DNA from: an uncultured Terriglobales bacterium
GTDB lineage: Bacteria > Acidobacteriota > Terriglobia > Terriglobales > Acidobacteriaceae
Assembly (NCBI GenBank): GCA_964559835.1
Contig: CAZLJE010000013.1
Coordinates: 54,209-118,208, forward strand
Direction of reading: 5' to 3'
Length of the DNA: 64,000 nt
Positions 1 through 8,224 of this stretch are shown piece by piece (the first letter of the stretch is position 1; every line of letters starts with the position of its first letter). A program made the translations under genes and the position numbers. Below the pieces are notes generated by a model. The model did not search any database. It saw only the letters and a list, made by a program, of their open reading frames with translations, and had not been told where the DNA came from.

Positions 1-507
1 TCCTTGAAAGGCCGTGTCTTGGGCGGATGGCAGATCGCCGGCGTTTCGACATTCCAGTCGGGTCAGCGGCTATCCGTCACATATACGAACTCGACGAGCG
101 TTTACGGCATCGCCAACGACTTCCCCTTGGTTGTACCAGGTTGCACGAGTTACACCACCATCGGTCGTGTGGACCGCAAGCTGGGTAACTACATCAATGG
201 GACATGTTTCGCCAAGCCGGCTGTCATCGGTGCCGACGGGAGCGGGACTGACTTCGGCAACGCCCCGGTCGGCATCATCCACGGGCCGGACCAGCGGAAC
301 ACCGACATCGCGTTCATTAAGCGCACAGCGATCCGGTGGCCGAATGAAGCGGCGAACGTGGAATTCCGTACGGAGATGTTCAATGCGTTCAACACACCTC
401 AGTTCGCGAATCCGGGTACCGCGTTCTCGACTCCTGCCTTCGGACATATCTCGAGCACCGCAGTCAGCCCCCGCATCGTGCAGCTCGCGTTAAAGGTGAA
501 CTTCTGA
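1..507 (+). CDS. TonB-dependent receptor, C-terminal part (5' end lies off the window)
   Basis: Frame is open to the window edge. C-terminal barrel signature FNAFNTPQFANP and terminal RIVQLALKVNF. Same family as the full-length receptor at 31831-35331. Confidence 0.8.
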   Translation, partial: SLKGRVLGGWQIAGVSTFQSGQRLSVTYTNSTSVYGIANDFPLVVPGCTSYTTIGRVDRKLGNYINGTCFAKPAVIGADGSGTDFGNAPVGIIHGPDQRNTDIAFIKRTAIRWPNEAANVEFRTEMFNAFNTPQFANPGTAFSTPAFGHISSTAVSPRIVQLALKVNF

Positions 508-562
508 TTGTCATGAAAACGAAGCCGCAGGCGAACTTTATCGCCTGCGGCATTCCCCTTTT

Positions 563-3331
563 ATGGGAGGACAGGAGCTCATGCTCGTCCGTCGGTTTTG
601 TGCTGCGATCATCGCGGCAATTCTCGCCACCGCGACCTACGCCCAAGAATCATCTCCGGCGATCTATGACGTGGTCATTCGTCACGGCCGGGTGCTGGAT
701 GGAGCTGGGAATCCTCCGATCTTTGCGGACGTCGCGATTCGCGACGGACGATTTGTCCGTATTGGAGTGGTCACCGGACGTGGACGGCAGGAGATCGATG
801 CCGCCGGCAAGTACGTTTCGCCCGGCTGGATCGACATGATGGACCAGTCCGGCAGCGCACTACTGAAGAATGGACTCGCAGAGAACAAGCTCGAGGAAGG
901 TGTGACGACGGCAATTGCTGGCGAGGGAGGAACGCCCGTACCGGCGGACAAGATCGGCGAGTATTTCTCGACCCTGCAGCGACAAGGCATCAGCCTGAAT
1001 TTCGGAACGTATTTCAGCGAGACACAGGCGCGAATCGCGGTGCTGGGACAAGAGAGCCGCGCGCCGAATGCGGACGAACTCCAACGTATGAAGGCGATCA
1101 TGGAGCAGGCGATGAAGGCCGGCGCGATGGGAATGACCACCGCGCTTATCTACCCGCCGTCGAGCTTTGCTGCGACGCCGGAGCTGATCGAGGTGGCCAA
1201 ATCAGCGGCGAAGTACGGCGGCATCTACGCGAGCCATATGCGCGGTGAAGGCAAAGAAGTCGTGCAGGCGGTCGACGAGTTGATAGAGATCAGCGAGAAG
1301 GCCGGACTGCCCGCGGAGATCTTTCACCTGAAAGCTGCCTACAGTCCCGGTTGGGGCACGCTCATGAAGGAGGTCGGGGAGCACGTCGATGCGGCGCGTG
1401 CCCGCGGAGTCGATGTGGCCGGAGATTTGTACGTCTACACGGCAGGCGGTACGGGCCTGGAAGCCACGATTCCGTCGTGGGCACACGATGGCGGGCGAGA
1501 GGCGCTGCTCAAGCGTCTGGCCGATCCGCAAATCCGCGAGCGCCTCAAACGCGAGATCAAAGAGGGCTCGCCGGGGTGGTGGAACATTATCGAGGCGTCC
1601 GGCGGTTGGGATGGAGTTGTGCTCGTCAACGCGAGCAATCCCGATAACGCTCGTTACGAAGGAAAAAAGATGACGGAGGTCGCGCGCGAGATGGGGAAGG
1701 ATCCCGCCGACGCCGCGTTCGACCTGGTAGCGCAGGGAAAAGGGCGCGTTATGGCGCTGTATCACATGATGAGCGAGGACGACATTGAGACAGCCCTGCG
1801 CTTCCCCTGGACCAGCATAGGCAGCGACGCGGGCAGTGCGCTCGGACCGAACCAACCGGATGCGATCGGACTGCCGCATCCTCGCTCGTACGGGAACTTT
1901 CCGCGCGTTCTGGCCGAATACGTGCGACAGCGCCATGTGCTTACGTTACCCGAAGCCATCCGCAAGATGACCTCCTGGCCCGCGACCCGCATGCGGCTCA
2001 GCGATCGAGGAGTCATCCGCGAGGGCATGTGGGCGGATGTGACCGTTTTTGACTTCGATAAGATCCAGGACCGTTCCACCTATCAGAATCCCAATGTGTA
2101 CCCGGACGGCATCGACTGGGTGCTGGTGAATGGACAGGTCGTTATTGATCACGGTCGCCACACCGGCGCACGTCCCGGCAAAGTGCTGTACGGGCCGGGA
2201 CGCAGGATGGCGCAACTCCAGTCCGAAGCTGCGGCGCCGATCATTGCCGGTCCACTTGATGTTCGTGTGCCCGAGCCCCCTACACCCTTTCACGCCGACG
2301 GCAAGACGCACCTCGTGTACGAGTTGAATCTGACGAATCTTGGCGCCAGCGAGTGCGTGCTCGAAAACGTTGCGGTGCAGCCAGCCGGAAGCGATCAGCC
2401 GCTCGTGACCTACGAGGGGCAGCAGCTCGTCGACGCACTCTCCCGCCCCGGTATGCCCGACCTGCGTGGAACGTCAAAACTCTCGATCAGCCCCGGACAG
2501 CGCGCGGTGCTGTACGTGTGGGCATCGCTCGCAGACGGCGCGCCTGTACCAAGCGCTCTGTCGCACAAGGTCACGGTGCAGGTCGGGGAAGGGCGCCGCG
2601 AATTTTCTACCGGAACCGGACGAGTTGCCGTGCAGCGCAAGGCGAAAGTCATAGCTCCACCGCTCCATGGCGATGGTTGGCTCGCTGCCAACGGCCCGTC
2701 GAATACTTCCGGACACCGCCGCGGTGTCATAACCATCGACGGCCAGGCACGTATTCCGCAGCGCTTTGCGATCGATTGGTTACAGATACGGCCGGACGGA
2801 ACTACCCACCAGGGCGATGCCAAGGACAATAAGAACTACCGCGCTTACGGGCAGCCGGTCTATGCGGTCGCCGATGGCATCGTTTCTGAGGTAAAGGATG
2901 GTATCCCGGAAAACGTGCCTGGAGCGACGTCACGAGCCGTCCCGATCACACTCGAAACTGTTGCCGGCAATCACATCATGCTGAACGTCGGCGACGGCGT
3001 GTACGCGCTTTACGCCCACGTCCAGCCCGGCTCGATCAAAGTCAAAGTCGGTGACAAGATACGTCGCGGCCAGGTTCTTGCGCTGTTGGGCAACTCTGGA
3101 AACTCGACGGAGCCTCATTTGCATTTCCACCTCATCGACGAGAACTCCCCGCTCGGTGGCGAGGGCGTGCCGTATGTGTATCCCGCGTTTGAAGTAGAAG
3201 GACGCGTTGCCGCGCTCAGCGCATCCGGCATGAACTGGAAGCCGCTCGCTTCTCCCGAACAACACAACATGGAGATCCCGCTCGAAAACGAAGTGGTGAG
3301 CTTTGAGAGCGCGCCGGCTACCAAAAACTAA
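563..3331 (+). CDS. N-acyl-D-amino-acid deacylase-family amidohydrolase fused to a C-terminal M23 metallopeptidase domain; secreted
   Basis: Signal peptide MLVRRFCAAIIAAILATATYAQ (alternative start 581). N-terminal YDVVIRHGRVLDGAGNPP..DVAIRDGRF..SPGWID, YASHMRGEG and EIFHLKAAY are typical of D-aminoacylases. C-terminal GNSGNSTEPHLHFHL is the M23 HxH motif. Confidence 0.8.
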   Translation: MGGQELMLVRRFCAAIIAAILATATYAQESSPAIYDVVIRHGRVLDGAGNPPIFADVAIRDGRFVRIGVVTGRGRQEIDAAGKYVSPGWIDMMDQSGSALLKNGLAENKLEEGVTTAIAGEGGTPVPADKIGEYFSTLQRQGISLNFGTYFSETQARIAVLGQESRAPNADELQRMKAIMEQAMKAGAMGMTTALIYPPSSFAATPELIEVAKSAAKYGGIYASHMRGEGKEVVQAVDELIEISEKAGLPAEIFHLKAAYSPGWGTLMKEVGEHVDAARARGVDVAGDLYVYTAGGTGLEATIPSWAHDGGREALLKRLADPQIRERLKREIKEGSPGWWNIIEASGGWDGVVLVNASNPDNARYEGKKMTEVAREMGKDPADAAFDLVAQGKGRVMALYHMMSEDDIETALRFPWTSIGSDAGSALGPNQPDAIGLPHPRSYGNFPRVLAEYVRQRHVLTLPEAIRKMTSWPATRMRLSDRGVIREGMWADVTVFDFDKIQDRSTYQNPNVYPDGIDWVLVNGQVVIDHGRHTGARPGKVLYGPGRRMAQLQSEAAAPIIAGPLDVRVPEPPTPFHADGKTHLVYELNLTNLGASECVLENVAVQPAGSDQPLVTYEGQQLVDALSRPGMPDLRGTSKLSISPGQRAVLYVWASLADGAPVPSALSHKVTVQVGEGRREFSTGTGRVAVQRKAKVIAPPLHGDGWLAANGPSNTSGHRRGVITIDGQARIPQRFAIDWLQIRPDGTTHQGDAKDNKNYRAYGQPVYAVADGIVSEVKDGIPENVPGATSRAVPITLETVAGNHIMLNVGDGVYALYAHVQPGSIKVKVGDKIRRGQVLALLGNSGNSTEPHLHFHLIDENSPLGGEGVPYVYPAFEVEGRVAALSASGMNWKPLASPEQHNMEIPLENEVVSFESAPATKN

Positions 3332-3350
3332 CGCGATTCGGAGCGACGGC

Positions 3351-4256
3351 ATGCGAGACACTCCAAAAACCGCGACCGCGATGTACCTGCTGTTCACGTT
3401 GGCGTTCAGCGCGGTTCTGTGGGCTGTGATCATCTGGTCCGGTCACCTCGGAATGGGTTTCGGCATGGCGGTGATGTGCCTGATGTGGTGCCCGGCGCTG
3501 GCGGCATTTGTGACCTGTCGCCTGCTTGGCAGAAGTCTTCGATCGTTGCCTTGGCGCTGGCCGGCAGGCCGCTACGTTGCGGCTGGCTATTTCGTACCGC
3601 TCGCCTACGCGACGCTTGCGTATGGAGTCGTTTGGGTCCTGCGGCTCGGCGGCTGGAATGCGGATTTTGTCGCCACCGTCGTCCAGCGCTTTCAACTTAG
3701 GGGCTTGCCTGCGGAAGGCGCATTGGTTCTGTACATCTTATTCATGGCGACATCCGGGGTTATCCGCAGCTTGGCGTCGGCACTGGGTGAAGAGATCGGG
3801 TGGCGCGGCTTTCTGGTGCCGGAACTGGCGAAACAAATGTCATTCACCAAGCTCAGTCTACTGAGCGGCGTTATCTGGGCGGCGTGGCACAGCCCGTTGC
3901 TGCTCTTTGCCGATTACAACGCCGGCACTAACCGCTGGTACGCCCTCGGCTGCTTCAGCGTCATGGTGATCGCCCTGAGCTTCATCTTTGCGTGGCTCAG
4001 CCTCAAGTCCGGCAGTTTATGGACTGCCGCGTTACTCCATGCCAGTCACAACCTGTTTGTCCAAGCTATATTCGATAACCTGATGCGCAACACAGGGCGA
4101 ACCCTGTGGTACACGACGGAATTCGGAATCGCTCTGGCGCTCGTGGCGGTGGTGTTCGCCGTGTACTTCTGGTCGCGACGCAACGAAGTCAGCGAGACCC
4201 GGACAGCGTCATCGCGTGCGGCCAGCATTGCGGAAGGGCAGCGGTTTGTAGGCTGA
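3351..4256 (+). CDS. CPBP (CAAX) family intramembrane glutamic endopeptidase
   Basis: Multi-pass membrane protein with EEIGWRGFLVPEL and HASHN motifs. Start moved to MRDTPKT to avoid overlap with the upstream gene. Confidence 0.75.
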   Translation: MRDTPKTATAMYLLFTLAFSAVLWAVIIWSGHLGMGFGMAVMCLMWCPALAAFVTCRLLGRSLRSLPWRWPAGRYVAAGYFVPLAYATLAYGVVWVLRLGGWNADFVATVVQRFQLRGLPAEGALVLYILFMATSGVIRSLASALGEEIGWRGFLVPELAKQMSFTKLSLLSGVIWAAWHSPLLLFADYNAGTNRWYALGCFSVMVIALSFIFAWLSLKSGSLWTAALLHASHNLFVQAIFDNLMRNTGRTLWYTTEFGIALALVAVVFAVYFWSRRNEVSETRTASSRAASIAEGQRFVG

Positions 4257-4600
4257 AAGTGTAACGATCAAAAACTGTTCCAGGAGAGGGTCAGTCTATG
4301 GGAGTGTAGATAGAAATGTAGCTGCGAAAGCATCCAGTTTCAATCCGATCCAACAACGTTTCAAGAAGGCGGCCGCAAGCCGTTCCATCAGAAGCACTTC
4401 GACACCACAAATAACAACACGTTCGACAATGTCTTGTACCTGGTTCGGGACCGGGCACCTGGAATTACACGAGGTCGTTGTTAAGACTTTGCTTTGTCAG
4501 GCCACTGCGCAGAGGGGCGGACAGTGGGACGGCGGAAGACATGATCACGCCAGCGGCAGATCGGACGCGGTTCTTGCCCTATTCCTGCACCACACGTGGC

Positions 4601-5233
4601 TCATTGTCGCGCCGCGGAATAGATCAGTCGCTGCACATTCTCGACGTACGCCTTCGCCCACTGCCGGTTCGACCACCAACGGTCTCCGAACACACTTGGG
4701 TCCGGTACCGCCGCCACATACCAGGAGTACTCTGGCAGATGGCGTTCATAGAGCATTAACAACCGGCGGCTCTCTACCGCGGGAGTAACCAACAACACAG
4801 TATGGGCATGGAGCACCCCAAGGCATTTGTCTACGGAGCCGTATTCATCATTGTTTTCGGGGCATACGGAGACACTTTCTCGTTGCGTACCGGCCGTCGT
4901 TTCAATGAAGTTCTCAGCTTCGTCCGCCTCGGTGTCCGGGTGTTGTCCACTTGCGTCAGCGGGCAATAGAAGATGCCTCCCATAATTGCTGTGGAGCAAG
5001 TGCAATGCGTTGCGGTAGTACAAGTCATCGCGGTAGACGTCGCCAGTCGCCACGACGATGGCATCGGCACGCCGTGGATGGTTGAGAACCAACACACTGG
5101 CGGTTCGAGGCAAGCTCGCAATTCCAAGTGGTACTGCTATGAGCAAGGACGAAAACGCGAACACAAGAGAGCGCTGACGCGAGATATCGCCCCAAATACG
5201 CAGCGCTAGAGGGCGGCGCATCACGCCGTCCAT
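4601..5233 (-). CDS. DUF218/YdcF-like protein, divergent paralogue
   Basis: Colinear with the neighbouring DUF218 protein (ADAIVVATGD.., LLVTPAVESRRLLMLYERHLPEYSW) but lacks the SDFHxxR motif. Alternative start 5221 overlaps the upstream stop by 1 nt. Confidence 0.55.
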   Translation of the reverse strand: MDGVMRRPLALRIWGDISRQRSLVFAFSSLLIAVPLGIASLPRTASVLVLNHPRRADAIVVATGDVYRDDLYYRNALHLLHSNYGRHLLLPADASGQHPDTEADEAENFIETTAGTQRESVSVCPENNDEYGSVDKCLGVLHAHTVLLVTPAVESRRLLMLYERHLPEYSWYVAAVPDPSVFGDRWWSNRQWAKAYVENVQRLIYSAARQ

Positions 5234-5877
5234 CTCTCAACAGCTTCCCACCACACGAGTTTTTGCCACTCGTGCATCGTGGTGCAAAGCCATTGCACGT
5301 GCCGCCAAGATGGGGTGCCAAATGTATCTGGGTCCTCAACAGGAGCAACGGCCCACTGATAGCGTGGAAGTACATGGCGAAAGATTGAGAGAGCGCGACG
5401 TGTATGGAAGTCGGAGGTCACGATTGTGATCTTGGTAGCTGGAATAGGCTGAATACAGCGCTCCACCTCCTTCGCTTCCGTAAAAGTTGAAGTCGCAGCT
5501 GTCATCGCACAGACGTGAACGCGTGGAGCAACGTCGCCTCTCGAAGCAATCGAGGACGCAAGCCTCTCCGCTTCTGTGCGACCGAGCCAATGCTGCCTCG
5601 CATCGGCGTCAACGATGAGTTCTTTCCCAAAACTGCTGTTCAAAAGCTGCAGCCCTTTTTCGAGCCGGTTACCATTTTCACCGTCGAGAACGAGGATCAC
5701 GTCGCATGGCCGTGCGGTATCGACGACAAGCAATCTGCCTGCAAGGCTCAGGATCAAGAGGGCAGCAACTGAGACCAGGCCAAGTATGCAAAACGTGCGC
5801 AGCGGACGCGCGCGATGGGGGTATGAACTTGACCCTGGCTGCTGAGCAATCTTTCTAGCTTGCAGCCTAGTACCCAT
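5221..5877 (-). CDS. DUF218/YdcF (SanA/ElyC-like) domain protein
   Basis: N-terminal TM segment; CDVILVLDGENG and IVTSDFHTRRALSIF motifs. Confidence 0.7.
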   Translation of the reverse strand: MGTRLQARKIAQQPGSSSYPHRARPLRTFCILGLVSVAALLILSLAGRLLVVDTARPCDVILVLDGENGNRLEKGLQLLNSSFGKELIVDADARQHWLGRTEAERLASSIASRGDVAPRVHVCAMTAATSTFTEAKEVERCIQPIPATKITIVTSDFHTRRALSIFRHVLPRYQWAVAPVEDPDTFGTPSWRHVQWLCTTMHEWQKLVWWEAVERWTA

Positions 5878-5993
5878 GCTCGAATCCTAGGTTATTCGAG
5901 TCCGTTTGTATGTCAGGGGAATCCAGAGTTGATGTAGGGATATCTACGACGTGTGTAGGATAACGTCCTACGCATTCAGAGCAAGTATGACGA

Positions 5994-7028
5994 GTGCGTA
6001 GTGGCAAATCACTGGTCATTCGATTTTCGTCCGACACAGTGATGGTATGTATGCCGATTGTGCAACCTTGCTGCTGCCGTCATGCTTGGGATCTCAATCC
6101 ACACCTTTCCGGAAATGCTTTCGGCTACCGCACGCGAGGAGCAGAATTGATCAACGACCCTGGCGACAGCTCACGACGGGAGCTTAGTCGTGGCCTGGCT
6201 CAGATAACTCGGCGTGAGATCCATCTATGGTCCATGCTCCTGCTCACCTTCGCAGTGACCGCTGCCGCATTCTTGAGCATGGTTGTTCCGAATTTGACAT
6301 GGAAGTCGGAATCAGTTCGGATGGAGGCTCGTTATCTTCCGCAGCTGATCTTCGGTTTCATCGGCTTGATCGTTTTGTTCAATCTGTATGTCTTCGAGCA
6401 GAAGAGGAAACTCGATCGTGTCCGCGAGCAGCTCACGATACGGCTGGTGTGCCCAGACAGCGAAGACACCTGGGTGGCGGTAGATCCTCAGACCAAATTG
6501 TTCCCTCGAGAATTTGTGAGTGAGCTGCTATCGAAAGAGGCCCACCGTGCTGAACGCGCGCGCAGCCCCTTAACGGTCGTCGTGGCCGAGATCAAAGACT
6601 ACGAACAAATCACCCGGGAGCACGGCTCGCTGGCCGCCGACCACCTTTTGCTGGTCACAGCACGCATCCTGAAAACCACGTTTCGGGGATCGGATACCCT
6701 CTGCCGTTATGGACACCAGGAGTTCCTGGTGATATTGCCCGATACGACCCCCACCCTGGCTCAGTTCGCCATCGCGCGACTGGAACGCGCTGTCGAAGGA
6801 TGGAACAGCACGACGGAGTTTGGGTACAAGATCAAGTTGCTGATCGGTGTCGCAGCCCATACTCTGGAGATCCGGAGCGCACCGTGCGAGACGCCGCCGA
6901 TAAAGCGCGCAAAGACCGTCGCCTGCATGTGGTCACATCCAAGCCGTCGTGAAGGGCGCTCGCCCCGAATCAGTCGCCCGCAATGCTTAACGGGAAGTCA
7001 TCATCGCTGTTCGGGTTGTCTGCGGTGA
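5994..7028 (+). CDS. Membrane-anchored GGDEF-domain protein with degenerate active site (GHQEF); apparent frameshift near 6862
   Basis: TM helices, coiled linker, then RGSDTLCRYGHQEFLVILPDT. RxxD I-site is intact and GG(D/E)EF is degenerate. The expected C-terminus (GDPERTVRDAADKARKDRRLHVV) is in another frame and ends at TGA 6950-6952. True start is probably later (6042 or 6051). Confidence 0.65.
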   Translation: MRSGKSLVIRFSSDTVMVCMPIVQPCCCRHAWDLNPHLSGNAFGYRTRGAELINDPGDSSRRELSRGLAQITRREIHLWSMLLLTFAVTAAAFLSMVVPNLTWKSESVRMEARYLPQLIFGFIGLIVLFNLYVFEQKRKLDRVREQLTIRLVCPDSEDTWVAVDPQTKLFPREFVSELLSKEAHRAERARSPLTVVVAEIKDYEQITREHGSLAADHLLLVTARILKTTFRGSDTLCRYGHQEFLVILPDTTPTLAQFAIARLERAVEGWNSTTEFGYKIKLLIGVAAHTLEIRSAPCETPPIKRAKTVACMWSHPSRREGRSPRISRPQCLTGSHHRCSGCLR

Positions 7029-7647
7029 GCAGCCCGGTTGCAAGTGCATACTTGACGATCTCTGACCTGTCGCGCAATTGCAGCTTTGTGGCAATCCTGT
7101 GCCGGTATGTATCCACGGATTTTCTGCTGATTGAAAGTGCCTCCGCGATCTGCTGGTTGGTAAATCCGTACGCAAGCATCTTGAGCACCTGGCACTCACG
7201 TCCACTGAGAACCTCGGACCGTTCCTGTCCCGAGCGAGCCAGGACCTCGATCATCATGTCGTGCAGGGAGGCATCAATGTAGCGGTGGCCATGTACGACG
7301 AGGCGCAGCCCCGAAAACAAGTCTGCCGGATCGCCACTCATAAGCAAATACCCGCGGGCCCCTGCTGCCAAGCACGAGCGTACGTATGCCGGATGCCTCT
7401 GGCGGGTCAGAATACCCACGCGAGTAGAGGTGGCGACGGACTTTATTGTCGCGAGCGTGGCTCCATTTGGGCTCGCCGAATGGAGTAGCGCGATGTCGGG
7501 ACGTCTTTCTTCGACCTGGTACCTGGCATTCGCCAAGTCGCATTCGCCAACCACGACGAATGCGGGTGCAGTTCCTACCAGCAGACGGAGCGCGGAACGA
7601 GGGATTGCTTCGTCGGCGGCGATGATGACCTTTATCTCTCGTCTCAC
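6970..7647 (-). CDS. LuxR/NarL-family regulator with atypical (pseudo-)receiver domain
   Basis: REC-like N-terminus plus C-terminal LSGRECQVLKMLAYGFTNQQIAEALSISRKSVDTYRHRI HTH. Phospho-acceptor position reads LLHS (His, not Asp). Conserved Lys position reads YLLM. Confidence 0.8.
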   Translation of the reverse strand: MRREIKVIIAADEAIPRSALRLLVGTAPAFVVVGECDLANARYQVEERRPDIALLHSASPNGATLATIKSVATSTRVGILTRQRHPAYVRSCLAAGARGYLLMSGDPADLFSGLRLVVHGHRYIDASLHDMMIEVLARSGQERSEVLSGRECQVLKMLAYGFTNQQIAEALSISRKSVDTYRHRIATKLQLRDRSEIVKYALATGLLTADNPNSDDDFPLSIAGD

Positions 7648-7937
7648 GATTTAACGATACCTCAATCTCAAAAGGGACAACGTCAGGCGAATTTGCAATC
7701 GTCGTAGGGTGAATACGGGAATTCATGTAGGGAAAATCCTCCCAGTTCGTAACGGCCCCCCGTGATGGCCATAATGGGACAATGATCCTAACAAACCTTT
7801 GTGTTGGTTTTTTGGTTTCAAGTCAGAACACGCGCCGGCATCCGACCCCTTCCGTTCCGCCGTCCCCGGAACTTTCGTGTGCGCCGTGCCGGCCTACGTT
7901 GACGCAAAGGCCTGGGCGGTCGTCGGACAATGATCGC

Positions 7938-8201
7938 ATGCTCGCGCCGCTCAGTGAAAGAGAGGAGCAGGTGCTGAAGCAGATCGCGCTCGGTTACACG
8001 CATAAGGAGATCGCAGGGTTGCTGTCGATCAGCGAAAAGACCGTGGACACGTATCGCGCCCGCATTCTCGAGAAAACCAAGCTGCGCAGTCGGGCGGAGA
8101 TCGTGCGTTGTGCCATCGCCGTCGGGTCGTTCTGCGCACACCCCGATACACATGAGTGGTTCTCCGCGGCTTCGAAGGGACCGTTCAAGCCTCTCACGTG
8201 A
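7938..8201 (+). CDS. Stand-alone LuxR-type HTH protein
   Basis: LSEREEQVLKQIALGYTHKEIAGLLSISEKTVDTYRARILEKT. The ORF-track N-terminal extension (from 7782) is P/S/R-rich and looks non-coding. Confidence 0.55.
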   Translation: MLAPLSEREEQVLKQIALGYTHKEIAGLLSISEKTVDTYRARILEKTKLRSRAEIVRCAIAVGSFCAHPDTHEWFSAASKGPFKPLT

Positions 8202-8224
8202 AGGTGTCGTAGGAGTCTCTATGA

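Noticed and set aside
3885-3900. Sigma-54 promoter-like TGGCAC-N6-TTGC (also 15342-15357).
   Set aside because: The spacing is one nucleotide longer than the canonical GG-N10-GC. Both lie inside coding regions with no suitable downstream gene.
7782-7937. 52-codon N-terminal extension of the small LuxR HTH gene.
   Set aside because: Pro/Ser/Arg-rich with no structure-like pattern. The HTH domain begins right after the internal Met at 7938. The exact start nevertheless remains uncertain.
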